From the NCBI RefSeq assembly GCF_004010195.1, contig NC_057751.1, positions 170,979 to 232,978 of the forward strand: DNA of 62,000 nt. The letters run 5' to 3'. Position numbers and translations under genes: made by a program. The notes below the pieces were generated by a model. That model was not told the DNA's origin. It saw nothing but the letters and a program-made list of their open reading frames with translations, and did not search any database. This DNA is from Chiloscyllium plagiosum. Lineage: Eukaryota. Below, piece by piece: positions 38,420 to 52,548 of this stretch. The number at the start of each line of letters is the position of its first letter. Positions within the stretch are counted from its first letter, which is position 1.

Positions 38420-38586
38420 CATTGAGTGCAGACACTCAGATCAATGCCAGTCAAGGATTTGGTGGTTCGAATGGCTGTCTTGATGAGTACCCTAGGATCC
38501 TTCTCTGGACAGAGGCCATCAAGGGATGGAGACCATGACCCTCCAATCAGTACAGCCTCCTCTTTGCCCTTCATCCCCACCAAAAA
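38420..38586 (-). CDS. CCAR2: Coding exon 10, DBC1/NUDIX-like domain (FLVGMKGKEEAVLIGGSWSPSLDG...TGIDLSVCTQ)
   Basis: atgcag| ... TG|gtgagt; hallmark GGxWSPSLDG. Confidence 0.96.
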
Positions 38587-39547
38587 CTGCATAATGAAAC
38601 AATAGAGAAATAATGACAAGAATGAAATCCACCAAAAAACAGACTTTGAAGAAATGGCAGCTCAACTTGCACCTTGGTGAAGAGACTATAAACTTGCACT
38701 TATACAGCAACTTACACATCTTGAGATATCCGCAAAAGCTTCACAGTCCATGGAACATACCTGAAACGTAGCAGCCATTGCACTTTTCACGACCTACCCA
38801 GGAAGAGTGCACGAATAATCGTACCTCACTGTTTCACATCACGTCCCAAAATGTATAAAATACCAATCACACCCCAAGGGTGACCAATTTGTATGACTGA
38901 CTGGAATTGTAGACAAAAGATTCACACCAGATTTTGTCATTCATAGAAAATGATACAAACAACTTCAATCAATTTCAGAGCAAAGATTACTAATCTATTA
39001 CTGTGACTTAAACAATACCCTTTAAGAATCCCAAATGTACATGCACTCTCAGATATTCATGATTAAAACAGACAAAAGACACAGACAGTTGGGCTGATAT
39101 AATGCAGGACTAAACAAAATTCCAAAGATGAAAAGTCCAGACCACAAGAGTGAGTAAAAACTGTCTCTCATTTCAGCCATGGTGACACACTATGTCTGTG
39201 AAATAATGGCTGTTCTTCACTTCAATAACTCATCAGTGAGCCTTGGTCTTTTCTGGTGGAATGCCTCTTTTACATTTCTTGATGTTTCTGTCATTGCATT
39301 CACACCAACAGAGGGGTACAGAGAAACGTGTTTTTTTGTTTGTGGATCTGGAAGTTATGGGCTGCTCTGAAACTAACAGTAGCTCGAGCAATCTGAGACC
39401 CATCATCAGTGTTTCCATAGCTCCATAAATCCTGGTGCCACTGATTCAGTAATGTAACAAACTCACTCCTTCAACAGTAAAATTGACTTGCATAGACAAA
39501 AAATCATTTTATCTCCCCACAAATTAGAAAACTCTCCTGATGACATG

Positions 39548-39622
39548 GTGCTGACCCTCTGACAGTGCGGGCCTCCCTCAGTGCTGACCCTCCAACAATG
39601 TGGCTCTCTATAAGTGCTGACA
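39548..39622. repeat. Short degenerate 33-bp tandem repeat
   Basis: gtgctgaccctc.. recurs at 33-34 bp spacing (about 2.3 copies). Confidence 0.6.
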
Positions 39623-40501
39623 CTCAGAGTGGTGGATCTGTTGTCATGGAGTACAGACCATAAGACATAGAAGCAGAAATTAGGCCATTGAGCTCACCAA
39701 TTCTGCTCCGCTATTCAATCATAGCTGCTAAGTTTCTCAACCTCATTCTCCCTGTAACCCCTGACCCCTTTGATACTCAAGAACCCATCTATCTCAGTCT
39801 TAAATATACTAAATGACTGGGCCTCCACAGCCTTCTCGGACAGTGATTTCCATAGATTCATCACTCTCTGGCTGTGCCCTCGGGTCATAGTGTCTCCTGT
39901 CAACATAAACATCTTCCCAACTTCCACTCAATCCAAACTGTTCACAATTCTCTAAGTTTCAATGAGCTCTCCTGTCATCCTTCTAAACTTCATCGAGCAT
40001 ATACTTCAAGTCTTCAAAAGTTCCTCATATATTCAGCCTTCGATTACTAGGATCATTCTTGTGAACCTAATAGTGTCAATGACCTGTTGTTAATGACAAC
40101 TGGTGGCACTGAACTATGTACCTCAATTAGCAAGATCAGAAACTATTGTATCTTGGTAAGGAATATCCAAAAATGTGTACCAGTGACTTGTGGGTGGATT
40201 GATCTGGACAGAAATTGAATGCTGAAATTTACCTCTCTGCCCAGAGAGTATGACTTGGCTTTTTCACATCTTATCCATCCAGTATCAAGCCTAAGCAATA
40301 GGACATGGGTGATCCACAGGACTGGAGTTAACATCTGACTTAAACATCTCTGCTGTAACAGCTGATAGCGTTAATTTCACACAAACATAACCTTCCATCT
40401 ACTCCTGATGCAAAGGAGCATATGCCCCAGCAGGCTGTCACTATCCCCACGAGATCACAGGAGAGAAGCCCTTTTGCAAAAACACATGACTGTTAACCTA
40501 C

Positions 40502-40615
40502 CTTGATCAGTTTGTTAGGATGTTGAGGAACATCAGCTGTCTCTTTTGGGACTTCAGCCAATGTGCATGCCTGGCTATACAGCTTCTGGAGGTCAGGGCA
40601 TTGCAACAGTATCAC
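40502..40615 (-). CDS. CCAR2: Coding exon 9 (VILLQCPDLQKLYSQACTLAEVPKETADVPQHPNKLIK)
   Basis: ttgtag| ... AAG|gtaggt; 114 nt, phase 0 to 0. Confidence 0.93.
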
Positions 40616-40973
40616 CTACAATTTCAATCAGACTCAGCAGTGAAAAGGCTGGAAGCAACAACACTCATTTCACAGTTCAAATTCGGACAAGGTTATCAGT
40701 GGGAAATTACAACACAAGAAACAAACATTTGGTTCTTCAAACTGCATTAACTCGTCACTTGGAGCAATCTGCACAACTTGACCATGTACTTGCTCTGTTT
40801 TCCTGATAGATAAACTCAATACTACTGAATAGTTTTGTGAACTAATGTTCACATAGTGATGTGGCAACCTTCAGTTTCAATTTCAACTTGAACAGATTGG
40901 GAACTTGTGCTGTCTGTGTTAGTGCTTCTGAGGGAGAGACAGGGAACAGCACTGTGCATGTGTGGGGGAGACA

Positions 40974-41319
40974 GTGGCCTTTTGGTATTATTGTTGGACA
41001 GTTAATCCAGAGACCCTGAGAATATTCAGGGGACCTAGGTTCAAATCCCACCATGGCAGATGGTCAAATCTGAAGTCAATAAAAATCTGGAATTAAGAGT
41101 CTAATAATGACCACGAACCCATCGCCGATTGTCCAACAAACTCCTCCAGTTCACTAATGTCCTTCAGGGAAAGAAACTGCCATTCTTACCTGGTCTAGCC
41201 TACATGTAACACTATAGGCCCAGCAATCTGGGTGACACTTAACTACGCTCTGGGTAATTAGGGATGGGCAATAAATGCTGCCCTAGCCGGGGTGCCCACA
41301 TCCCATGAATGAATAAAAA
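40974..41319 (+). mobile_element. Deu-domain SINE (SacSINE1-like)
   Basis: B-box ggttcaaatccc; core ctgccattcttacctggtctagcctacatg; tail aattagggatgggcaataaatgctg...atgaatgaataaaa. Confidence 0.75.
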
Positions 41320-41422
41320 CGAGCCAACAGACAGAAATACCATAGACAAGTGCACTAGGATATGTACTCACTTCATATGCACTCTGACGGACAATTAAAG
41401 TGCACATTGCCAGAGATCTCAC

Positions 41423-41648
41423 CTTGGCACTGTAGGTGGAATCTGCATCAGCAGGTTCCACTTGAGTCTCTTGTTCCTCATCCAGGCTCGATTCTTCCTC
41501 CATCACATGGAAAACGCATTTCTGTCCCAATTGTAAAGGCTCACTCATTGGGAATGTATTCACCCAGCAAATCTTGCTATCAAAGAATGTATCAGGGATG
41601 TGGAGACAGGGATATCGGCGCTGGACCTCGATCGCATCACAAGAAGAG
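41423..41648 (-). CDS. CCAR2: Coding exon 8 (SSCDAIEVQRRYPCLHIPDTFFD...DADSTYSAK)
   Basis: ttccag| ... AAG|gtgaga; CD..E..RRY..L.IP..F and YSAK motifs of the family. Confidence 0.95.
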
Positions 41649-44600
41649 CTGGAAAACAAAAGAGAAAACACTGCTACTACAAAGACTGGCTATGTGATTT
41701 AAACATAGCACCAAGACCTTAGTGCAGCTTGCTTCCATCAAAATACTAGTAACAATTGAAGACAATGCTCCAAATACACTCACTCACAATAGCCCTCTCC
41801 ACAAGGCCAACCCACTGGTCATTCAACGGTATACAATTCATTCACATTCCAAACCAGCAGCTTTGAACTCTCAAATTTGTTTTCTGTCCTCCTGTAATAA
41901 CTCATGTCCCAACATTCTGTGGAAAATCACACTGATCATCACCTAACCATCATATGGAGCACTGTTTGGAATATATATATTTCATGATAAGCTGGGGAAA
42001 AAAGGAACATTTTGAAACAATTTGGACAGTGTCTGAATTGGAAAGTTTTTAACCATGCAATTTATTGTAATTGAAGCTAGTAAAGTGCGCAGTGGTTTGT
42101 CTGTATTTCCTGGAAATCAAGTGACTTTGGATAAACAATTAAACTACAAGGAATTAAAAGGTGGGGCCAATCACCTTATTTCCTGCGAAAGCTTGGCTTT
42201 AAAAGGACTGGCGACCTCTATGCTAATAATGGTTTCTCAACTCTCTCCGCACTCAATGGGCAATGTAACAACGATACCACGGCAGCCTCAAGAGTCTTCC
42301 CTGAAATCCTCCTCTTAGCAGAAGTCTCTGGGAAGTGATACAAGTTCCCAAATAATACGACTTGCCTCCTAACTGATAAACCCTGAAAATTTGACCGTGT
42401 TTAATAGATAATTACCATCAATCCACAGCAGTCAGCAATTCAGCTTTTGCCAACAGGAAACAGTTGGTGTGAGAAGTCATTACATGCAAAGTTGTTGGTG
42501 AGATAATCAACATACTGATTCCAATTCTCCAAAATTCCCATGATTTGTGGATAGTCCCATTTATTTGGAAGGCAACAAATGGAACTTGTTTTACAAATGG
42601 AGAGTAACAGGCATTGTGGACAAATAGGAACTGGTGAATGTACTGTATTTTCCTGAAGGCATTTCATAAGGTACGCCATGAAACATTACTGTAGAAAGTA
42701 AAAGACTCACAGTATGAACAAAGAACTACACAGTACAGGAACAAGCCCTTCATTCCTCCAAGCTTGCGCTGACACATTCTGTGCTTCCATATTAAAACTG
42801 TCTTCACTTACAGGATCCGTACTTCTCCATTCCATTCCTATATTCATTCTTGAATGCTGCTATTGTGTCTGCTTCCACCACTTCCTCTGGCACCATGTTC
42901 CAGGCATTCACCACTCTGCGTGAAAAACTTGCCTTGCACATCTCTTTTAAACCTTCCCTCAAGCACCTTGAGCCTGTGTCTCCCAGTAAATGACCTCTCC
43001 ACCCTGAGAAAAAACCTCATACTTTCCATTCTCTCCTATCCATGCCATTCACAATCTTATAAACGTCTATCAGGTTGCCCCTCAACTTCATGTCTTCCAG
43101 TGAAAACAAACCCAGTTTATCCAACCTTTCTTCATACCTAAAATCCTCCGTACCAGGCAACATCCTGGTAAACATTTCTGTACCATCTCTGGTAGTGTGA
43201 TGACCAGAACCAACTAAAGTTCTGTAAAGCTGCAGCCTAATTTATCTATCACTATACTCAATGCCCCTTGCAATGAAAGCAAGCATGCCACTGGCCTTTT
43301 TTTTACTAGCTTATCCACCTGTGCTGCCACCGTCAGTGATCTGTGGACCGGCACACCCAGATCTCTCTGCATATCATTAGGTTTTTACCATTCACTGTAT
43401 AATTTCCACCTGCACTTGACCTTCCAAAATGCATCACCTCATATTTGTCCAGATTAAACTCTGTCAGCCATTTTTCTGTCCATACCTCCAACTCTATGCC
43501 TCCTGCTGTGACCTTTGACAATCCTCTTCAATAAATGTAACTCCACTAATCTACGTATTGTCCACAAACTTAGTAATCAGACTAGCTACATTTCCCCCAA
43601 ATCATTTATTTCGATCAAACAGCAGAGGTCCCAGCACTGACCCCTGAGGAACCTCAAGTCACAGCCTTCCATTCCTAAACGCATCCTTCCGCCGCTATCC
43701 TCTGTCCCCTATGACTAAGCCACTTTTGTATCCATCTTGCCAGCTCATCTTGATACCATGGAGACAGCATATTGAAATGAGAGCTGTATGGAGAGTGTAG
43801 GGATAAATGGGCCTTCCTCAAGTTGGCAAAATATAATGAGTGGTGTGTCACAGGGATTACTGTTGCAATCCCAAGAGTTTATAATTTATACAAATGATTT
43901 ACACGAAGCCAAATTTGGTTCATGCTGACAACAGTACAGCACAGGAACAGGGCCTCATGTCCTCTATATCACGATGCTTTTCTAAAATGATCCAGTCTTC
44001 CTGCACCTCTCTGTTCACTGCCTGTTCGTGTGCCTTTCTAAATGCCTGTGAAAGTTTGCTATCTACCACATTCCCTGTTAACACGCTCCAGGCACCTATT
44101 ATCCAGTGTGTAAAACACTTTACTAAAAACATAACTTATTTAAACCTCTCCTTCTCATCTTAAGTCTTTGTCTCCTGGTATTTCACATTTCCATCTGAGG
44201 AAAGAGACTCTGACTGTCCATCCTACCAATGCCTTTTATAATTTTATATACTTCTATCAGGTCACTGCTTTGTTGACATCACTCGAACAAAACCAATCCA
44301 AGCATGTCCACCCTCTGCTATAGTTAATACTGCAGGCAACGTTCCAGTAAACCTCTTCAACGTCCTTTCCAAAACCTTCCGATAGTGTGGCAAACAGAAT
44401 TACGCACAGTCCCTCAAATAAGACCTGACCAAAGTCTCAGAGTTGCAGTATGACTTACCTAAAAATAGATAGCAAAATCAGTTTTGAAGCAGATACTAAT
44501 AGGCGCCAAAAAGGTACTGGTAAGGCATAGGTTAGGTGAGCGTTTAAAAATAAATGTATGGTTAACCACTTTGGTGGCAAGAACAGGAAGGCAGATTACT

Positions 44601-45354
44601 ACCTAAAATGGAGTCAAGTTAGGTAAAGGGGCAGTACAACGAGATCTGGGTGTCCTTGTACACCAGTCAATGAAGGCGAGCATGCAGGTACAGCAGGTAG
44701 TGAAGGAAGCTAATAGCATGCTGGCCTTCATAACAAGAGGGATTGAGTATAGAAGCAAAGAAGTTCTTCTGCAGTTGTACAAGGTCCTGGTGAGACCGCA
44801 CCTGGAATATTGTGTGCAGTTCTGGTCTCCAAATTTGAGGAAAGACATTCTGGCTATTGAGGGAGTGCAGCGTAGGTTCACGAGGTCAATTCTTGGAATG
44901 GCGGGACCATCTTATGTTGAAAGATTGGAGCAACTGGGCTTGGATACCCTTGAGTTTAGAAGACTGAGAGGGGATATGATTGAGACGTATAAGATTATTA
45001 AAGGATTGGACACTCTGGACGCAGGAAACATGTTTCCGCTGATGGGTGAGTCCTGAACCAGAGGACACAGCTTAAAAATAAGGGGTAGGCCATTTAGGAC
45101 AGAGATGAGGAGAAACGTCTTCACCCAGAGAGTGGTGGGTGTGTGGAATGCTCTGCCCCAGAAGGTAGTGGAGGCCCGGTCTCTGGATTCATTTAAGAAA
45201 GAATTGGATAGAGCTCTCAAGGATAGTGGAATCAAGGGTTATGGAGATAAGGCAGGAACAGGATACTGATTGAGGGTGATCAGCCATGATCATAATGATG
45301 GGTGGTGCAGGCTCGAAGGGCAGAATAGCCTACTCTTGCACCGATTGTCTTTTC

Positions 45355-45460
45355 ACGTCGATTCTCCTGCAGCTGAAGAAGGGCTTATGCCCGAAACGTC
45401 GATTCGCCTGCTCCTTGGATGCTGCTTGACCTGCTGCGCTTCTCCAGCGACACATTTTCC
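45355..45460 (+). mobile_element. Penelope-like terminal-repeat fragment with hammerhead core at 45373-45400
   Basis: CTGAAGA A GGGCTTATGCCC GAAAC GTC; 5' strand of stem I is lost. Confidence 0.7.
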
Positions 45461-47507
45461 AGACCTATTGTCTATTATCTATAAAAGATGGCAAAAGCAG
45501 CATAATGGGCAAAACATGAAATGATCAATTTTGGTAGGAATAAAGGACTGAAAACAAAAAAATGCTGGACATCACAGACTTCAGCTCTGGCACAAGTCAT
45601 CTCGACTCAAAGTTAGCTTGCTTTCTCAGCACAGATTCCAGCATCTGCAGTAATTTGCTCCTATACAAATAAAAAGCAAGCTACCAAAATGGAGAGATTG
45701 CAGAACTCAGATAAATTTGGAAATGGGTATCCGAGTGTATGAATCACAAATAATTATGCAAGTACAGCATGTAATCAGGAAAGCTAATACAATGTTTATC
45801 ACTTGTGATACTGAATACAAAAGTTGAGAGGTTATGCTTCCATTACACAGTATATCGGTGAGACCACAACTGGATACCAGTGAGACCACGTCTGGTATAT
45901 GATATACAATACTAGCCACCTTATTTAAGGAGGGATGTACACAACAGTGGCAGAATCTGAGAGAGCAAACATTGATTCATGAAATAATGCTTGACAACTC
46001 AACTGGAATTCTTCAAGGATGTAGCTTATTGATCAGGAAGCCAATGAAGGTGGTTTGTTTGGATTTTCAAAAGGCTTTCAACAAAGACCCATATGAGATA
46101 TTACGGTATAAAAGTAAAGTGTATGGGATTTCTTTGGGGAGGGAGCATGACAAGCCAATTGAACTGGATAGAAAATTGGTTAGCACTTTCAAAACAAAGA
46201 GCAGGGAGATCCAGGACTTTTTCCAAACAGAACAGAGTGACTACTGGGTTAATGCAGAGATCATTGCTGGGACCCCAGCTATTCACAATATATAGAAATG
46301 ATTTAGACGGGAAAACTAAATACAATATCCCCAAATTCACAGATGGTGTAAAGGTGGGTGAGAGGGTGCGACGTAAACAGGATTGCAGACATACTGCACT
46401 GTGATTTGGACAAAGAGAATGGGTAGATGTATGGCAGATGCAGATTAATGTGGATAAATGAGGTTGTCTACTTCGTTAGCAAAAATAGGGTGGCAGATTA
46501 TCTGGATGGCTATAAATTCAGCACGGAATGTACAATGAGACCTGGGTGCCCTCGTGCAGAAAGCGCAGTAGGCAGCAAAGGCGGCAAATGGTATGTTGAT
46601 CTTCATAGCCGGTTCAAGAGCTGGGGTGTCTTGCTACATTTATATAATGCCTTGCTGAGACCACACCTGGAATCGTGAGAGTGGTTTTGGTCTTCATGTC
46701 TGAGGAAGGACACTATTGCTATGGAGGGAGTACAGCATAGGCTTACCAGACTGATTCCTAGGATTGACCTGTGAGGACAGGCTGAATCAGTTAAGATTAT
46801 ATATTTGCTCAAGATAAGAGTAATGGGGAGGGGATCTCATCAAATATAAAATGTGAACAGGACTCATCACAGTAGATGTAGGAAGAATGCTCCCAATAGT
46901 GGAGAAATCCAGAATTGGAGGGTATGGGCAAAGTATTTAGGACTGAGAGGAGCAGAAATTTCTTCACCAAGCGTGGTTAGCCAGAATTTGCGATCACAGA
47001 AAGTTGAAGCCAAAACATTGCATGATTTTAAGGAATTGGATTATAACGGAGTAAACTGATTAAAGGATATGCGAGAAAAGCAGGATTAGGCTACTGAATT
47101 GCTCCAATCATTTATGCTTCCATGCAAATTGGAGGTCGTTCAGTGAAGTTTTAGCAGACTCATGCCTGTGATGTGCAGGGTTTTTTTTTAAATGAGGAAA
47201 GGTTAGACAAGTTCAGCTTGTAACCACGGGAGGTTACATGAGCAAGGTGCAACATGATTGAAACCAAGCGCTGGAAAGTCATGACAGGGTGAATATGGAG
47301 AGGATGTTTCTGCCTATGGGAGAATCAAGAAATGGAAGACATGGTTTAAACATTACATGTCATCCGTTTAAACAGAGGTGGTGAAGAGAACTTTTTCCTA
47401 TTCAGAGGATCCATGACCTTTTGGAACACTCTTCCTGAAAAGGAAGTGAATTCAGTGTCATTGAATATTTTTAATGCAGAAGCACACCCTTGTTCAAGGG
47501 TTTGAAA

Positions 47508-47598
47508 GCATGTGGACTCAAGTGAACTAAAGGCTGCAACAAACCAGATGGACAGATGGGGAAAGTGAGAAGACAGCTCTTCAGCACCATTGTTATCA
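47508..47598 (-). pseudogene. Degenerate duplicate of CCAR2 exon 6 5' part plus its acceptor region (source 49940-50029)
   Basis: gcatgtggactcaagtgaactaaaggctgcaacaaaccagatgga versus gcatgtggacccaagtgaactaaaggctgcagcaaaccagctgga; both followed by gagaagacagctctt. Confidence 0.9.
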
Positions 47599-48790
47599 CT
47601 GAGCAGGCAGGAATGCGGACTTGAGGTTATAACCACGTCAGCCACGATCTCAGAATCAGAGATGTACAACACCGAAATAGACCCTTTGGTCCAACTTGCA
47701 TATGCCAACCAGATATCTTATATTAATTTGGTCCTACTTGTTGGCATTTAGCCCATATCCCTAAAAACCCTTCCTATTCACATACCCATCCAGGTGCCTT
47801 TTAAAAGTTATCACTGTACCAGCCTCCATCACTTCCTTTGACAAGCACCACCCATCTTTCCCTTCTCACTTTAATCCTATTTCTTTTAGTTTTGGACCCC
47901 TCTACCCTGGGAAAAAGATCTCTGTTACTCACCCTATTCATGCTCATGATTTTATAAAGATCTATAAGGTTACCCCTCAGCCTCCGACACTCCAGGGAAT
48001 ATAGCCCCAGTGAATTCATTCTCTCCCTATTGCTGAAACTTTCCAAATCCAACAACATCCTTGTAAATCTTAGCTGAATCCTTTCATGTTTGAGGAGACT
48101 CGAGGAGCCAGATAGCCTTCTCCTGTTCCTGATTCATATCCTTGTATATGTTCATAATCTGTGCTGAGTTTCCAGCCCCATTGGCCAACAAGGTTTTGTC
48201 CTCTCCGCTTGTTTTTTTTAAACAATCCATCATCTATGCAGAAGCTTGTCATTTTTTGAATTGTTTAAAAGTGTGTCTGCAGTGGGATTAAAGGGATATT
48301 GCTTTAATCCAGAATCAATTCGCTGTGAACCAGAGTTTACTACTGGCTCTAAATGTAGGTTTTGTTAAAATAAATAATTATTTTCAATTTATTCAAGATT
48401 CTTTCATTTTTGTTAGTGGTACAGAAGAGAAGCCATCTGGGAAACAGTATCATTTCCAACATGCAGCAACCTGGGGGAGAAGTGGGGCTTCATTATGAGC
48501 AAATTGGTCCCATCGCAATCATAACAGTATTAGAAATTGACTCTTGCCCCATCACCATGTGAGGAATCTGACACTGAACAGTGCAAAGCTTTTAGGGATT
48601 TGACAATTCACAATGAAAAGAGGCGACGGGCTATGAAAACAACGATTCATACAAGTGAAAAGCAGCTGTACAAGTACTGAGAAAGATACAAAAATTCACT
48701 GGATCAGGGCTCAATACCTTCAGCCAGATTCATCTCACCTTCTCAGCAAAATCAATTATACACACACTGTCATACTTAAAGAGATAGTAC

Positions 48791-48931
48791 CTGTCCAATG
48801 AGAAGCGGGAGTACTGCACACTGTATGAAGGGATGTAATGCCGTGCTTTTTTCGCTGGTCCTTCCCCTGATCCCATATCCTGGTATCGTTTGTGGGAACC
48901 ACCCTGGCCACCGAGACGCTTGTAATTGTCT
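48791..48931 (-). CDS. CCAR2: Coding exon 7 (RDNYKRLGG...PAKKARHYIPSYSVQYSRFSLD)
   Basis: tacag| ... AG|gtacta; basic NLS-like segment; phase 2 to 2. Confidence 0.9.
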
Positions 48932-49412
48932 CTGTACGAGAAAAGAGAGAATGTAAAAACCCAAAGACAGATTTCAAATGTAACACACCTCTCCTCTGGC
49001 TAACATGAAACCACAAAAAGAAATCTGCTGAAGTTTGTCAAGACTAAGTCCTGAGAATTGCTCAGCAAGTTTAACTTCTGTATAAAAAAAAACCTTCACA
49101 TCCCTATCAGTTTCAGCACTGGCTGAGCTTATGTCCACACACCAAGACGGCAGCTCAAAAGTGACAAGTACCTGTCCCTGTTACCATCATACTTTTTGAG
49201 CATAGTTTTGTTAAACTAACATTAAGTCAGGGCAGATCCAAACCTTTTCAAATTCTTTTCAAGAAAAACAACATAATAGTGGTGACTAGGTCAGCCAAGA
49301 GCACATCCAAACTCAGATGCTGCCTTCCTACAGATAACTGATGCTTTGAAGCAATCATCTTTCAGTCCTCCACCTCCTCAGCTATGATGCCAGCCACAAT
49401 CAAATAGCTGTC

Positions 49413-49590
49413 AAGTGTCTGGTGCTGGAAAAGCACAGCAGCTCAGGCAGCATCGAAGCAGGAAAATGCTGATAAAGGGTTTTTGCCCCAAACGTCGATT
49501 TTCCTGCTTCTCTGATGCTGCCTGACCTGCTGTGCTTTTCCAGCACAACACTCTTGACTCTGATCTCCACGATCTGCAGTTCTTACTTTT
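49413..49590. mobile_element. Miniature Penelope-like hairpin with perfect 20-bp TSD
   Basis: gccacaatcaaatagctgtc at 49393-49412 and 49591-49610. Confidence 0.85.
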
Positions 49591-49855
49591 GCCACAATCA
49601 AATAGCTGTCTAACACAAACCACCCAAGTGCACTCATGACCTGACCCATTGACAGGGTCCGGTAGCCCAAACTGCTCAACAGTCAACAGTATAGAAATCA
49701 CCTCATTGGTCTCTCAACACTTCCAATCCATCTAGGCACAGAGGACAGCAGGATTGGAAGAGCGCCCCAACCTGCTTAAAACCATCCTATTCCATCAGCA
49801 AGTCCTTTCAAAATAACACACGTACTTGTCCAACACACAGTGTAGACCCTCTTAC

Positions 49856-49979
49856 CTCCTGTCACCTCTTCGACCAATGTCCATTCGTCCATTGCGGCCC
49901 ATTGAACGCAGTCCCAAATCCAGCCTCCGGCCAAGTTGGGCATGTGGACCCAAGTGAACTAAAGGCTGCAGCAAACCAG
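49856..49979 (-). CDS. CCAR2: Coding exon 6 (PGLLQPLVHLGPHAQLGRRLDLGLRSMGRNGRMDIGRRGDR)
   Basis: ctccag| ... AG|gtaaga; phase 1 to 2 fits both neighbours. Confidence 0.9.
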
Positions 49980-51469
49980 CTGGAGAGATAGAGTGAGAGA
50001 AGACAGCTCTTTAGACACCATGGTTATCAGTAAACACAGGCCACAGTACAGCGACAAGCAGCCAATACATGGAGCTGTTCTCACACCATGCAGACTTGAG
50101 AGTTGTCACGGTTTTTTCATTATCAGGAGGTCCAATTCCAATGTACTGTGGATGGACCTCAACCACAAGACTGCAGCTCATCACCATCTGCTCAACAGAA
50201 ACTCGGGATGAGCAACAAAATATCTTTCCAGTCACAGCTAACATCCAGGAATCAATTTGAAAAATGAACAGGTAAAACAAAAGGAATCTGAAACTCAACC
50301 AATTCTCAATGTCTCAACCAATGTTTTGAGACCAAGCTAGCATTTCAGAGCTGAAGGGTCATCCAGACTTGAAACACTGGCTTGCTCTCTCTCACTGCGG
50401 ATGCTGTCTGACCCACCGTAATCTCTAGCATTTGTTGTTTTCAGTACAGATCCCAGCACCTGAAGGATATTGTTCCTATTCTGTCAATTCTATGTTATCA
50501 CTTACCACTGAACATCCAAATCTAGTCAATAAGAAATCAATTTGACAGCAATGTCACAGATTGGATGACTGCTGAATGGTGCACTGAGTCAATGGAACCC
50601 AACCTGCAGACACCACAGAACTGATTTCCGAACCATGTGTTGGTATTTTAATGGACAGGATTTTGACTACAAAGGGAAAATGGGTGAACAAGAGCAGATG
50701 GAAAGTGATATTGTGAAGCATTAAACAATGGAAGTGCTATGTAAGGACAGAGGAATGTATACTAAGAAATACACAAACACAAACTCGAAGACCTTAATGC
50801 TAGTTTTTAATTTGTGCTCTATCACATTTCCCCATCCTTATTCTCTCCCTTCATGGAGTCAGATAACACACAAGAGGACCTTGGATCCATTGAGTCTGAA
50901 TTACCCTATCTACATTAATCTTACTTTGCAGCACTTGGTCAATAGCCTTGAATGTTATGACATTTCAAGTGCTCATCATATACTTTTTAAAGCTTCTGAG
51001 GTTTCCTACCTCTGCTGCCCTTCAAGGTGGTGCATTTCAGATTCCCATCACCGTCCGGTGAAAATTAATTTCAAACTCTCTCTAAACCTGTCCTTCACCT
51101 TGAAGTGTCCGATGTGCCTCTCAACCACCTTAACTAACTTACCCTGCTGCCAATAATGCAAACTAATGTTCATTATTGGCTATCTCTGTCTCAGCTTCTA
51201 ACTTATTTGAGGTCGTCATTCACAAAACATTGAAGGTAGCACCTCACATTGAGGGAAAACTTCACGTTATCTCCATTTGATTAGGAAGACGACACTGAGC
51301 CTTGAAATAGCAGTTTAAATTATTTCTCCCAGCCTGATTGAGACTTTAGAGATGTTACAGAAGAAACAGCTTGTTTCTGAACAAACACAAATAGGAAGGA
51401 GGATGAGAAGAATGGGGGATTCTAAAGACCGTTGGCAACAGAACAATATGATACAAGTGCTTAAAATAC

Positions 51470-51842
51470 AGTCATAGAGTCATTGAGAAATACAGCCCAG
51501 AAACAGACCCTTCGGTCCAACTTGTCCATGCCGACCAGATATCCCAACCCAATCTAGTCCCACCTGCCAGCACCCGGGCCATATCCCTCCAAACCCTTCC
51601 TATTCATATACCCATCTAGATGCCTTTTAAATGTTGCAATTGTACCAACCTCCACTACTTCCTCTGGCAGCTCATTCAATACACGTACCACCCTCTGCGT
51701 GAAAAGTTTGCCCCTTATGTCTCTTTTATATCTTTCCCCTCTCACCCTAAATCTATGTCCTCTCGTTCTGGACTCCCTCACCCCAGGGAAAAAGACTTCT
51801 CTAAGGTCACCACTCAGCCTCCCTCTCTCCAGGGAAAATAGC
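51470..51842 (-). mobile_element. CR1 3' end fragment
   Basis: ORF 51554-51781 (SRTRGHRF...FTQRVVRVLNELP); catagagt tail. Confidence 0.88.
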
Positions 51843-52548
51843 TCTTGAGGATGACGAGGGTTTTGGCCTCTATCACCCTTTCAGGCAGCGAGTTGTTGAA
51901 AGGTTAAAATGCACAAACAGAAGACTGTCTCCAAAATTTGTGAACGAGAGGCCGTTAATACAAAATTAAATCTGAGAGACTTAAAATACAGGGTTGAAGT
52001 CTCCATAAAGAAAGCATGTTAATGGGCAATGGGGTTCACTTGCACAGGTAGTGGCATAAATGATGCCAAACTGTTCAACACAAGCTTAGATGAAGACATG
52101 ATGAGAAAGGAACTTAAAGAACACAGCAAGTATGATTTGGACTATTTCATTGTGACAAGGGGTACTGACTGTTTGGGTTAAAGGCCTGCTTCTGTGTTGT
52201 AGTTGTGTTTATGTACACGAAGGCAGAGAGGAGAGATAATTGGATGTGCTAAAGAGGTCCTACTAAGTCGCCATTCCAATGATGCCCCAAAAATGCAGCA
52301 CCCTTTTTTCATGCTGAATTGAATTATGTCCCTCTGTTCACATCTGATCCTTGCATCCTACCTGTGATAAGGGCATCAGCATCTTGTCTCCTTTCAGCAA
52401 TGTTTAAATGAGGTTTCTGTGAATGGAACTCATGGTCTCCCTCAAAAACTGGGTAAGTGGACAACACCCTTGGGCAATGTCTGAGTTGTTGACAACAGTG
52501 GGCAAAGCAATCTCTTGCAGTATACCAGCATGACTGATGCATACTCAC

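Larger units (their letters stand above)
42720..48070. mobile_element. Cluster of nested CR1 fragments in both orientations, including a younger + copy at about 44563-45350
   Basis: ORF 44670-45056 (LYKVLVRPHLEYCVQFWSP...RRLRGDMIETYKI); others at 42844, 43333, 43920, 46093, 47801. Confidence 0.88.
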
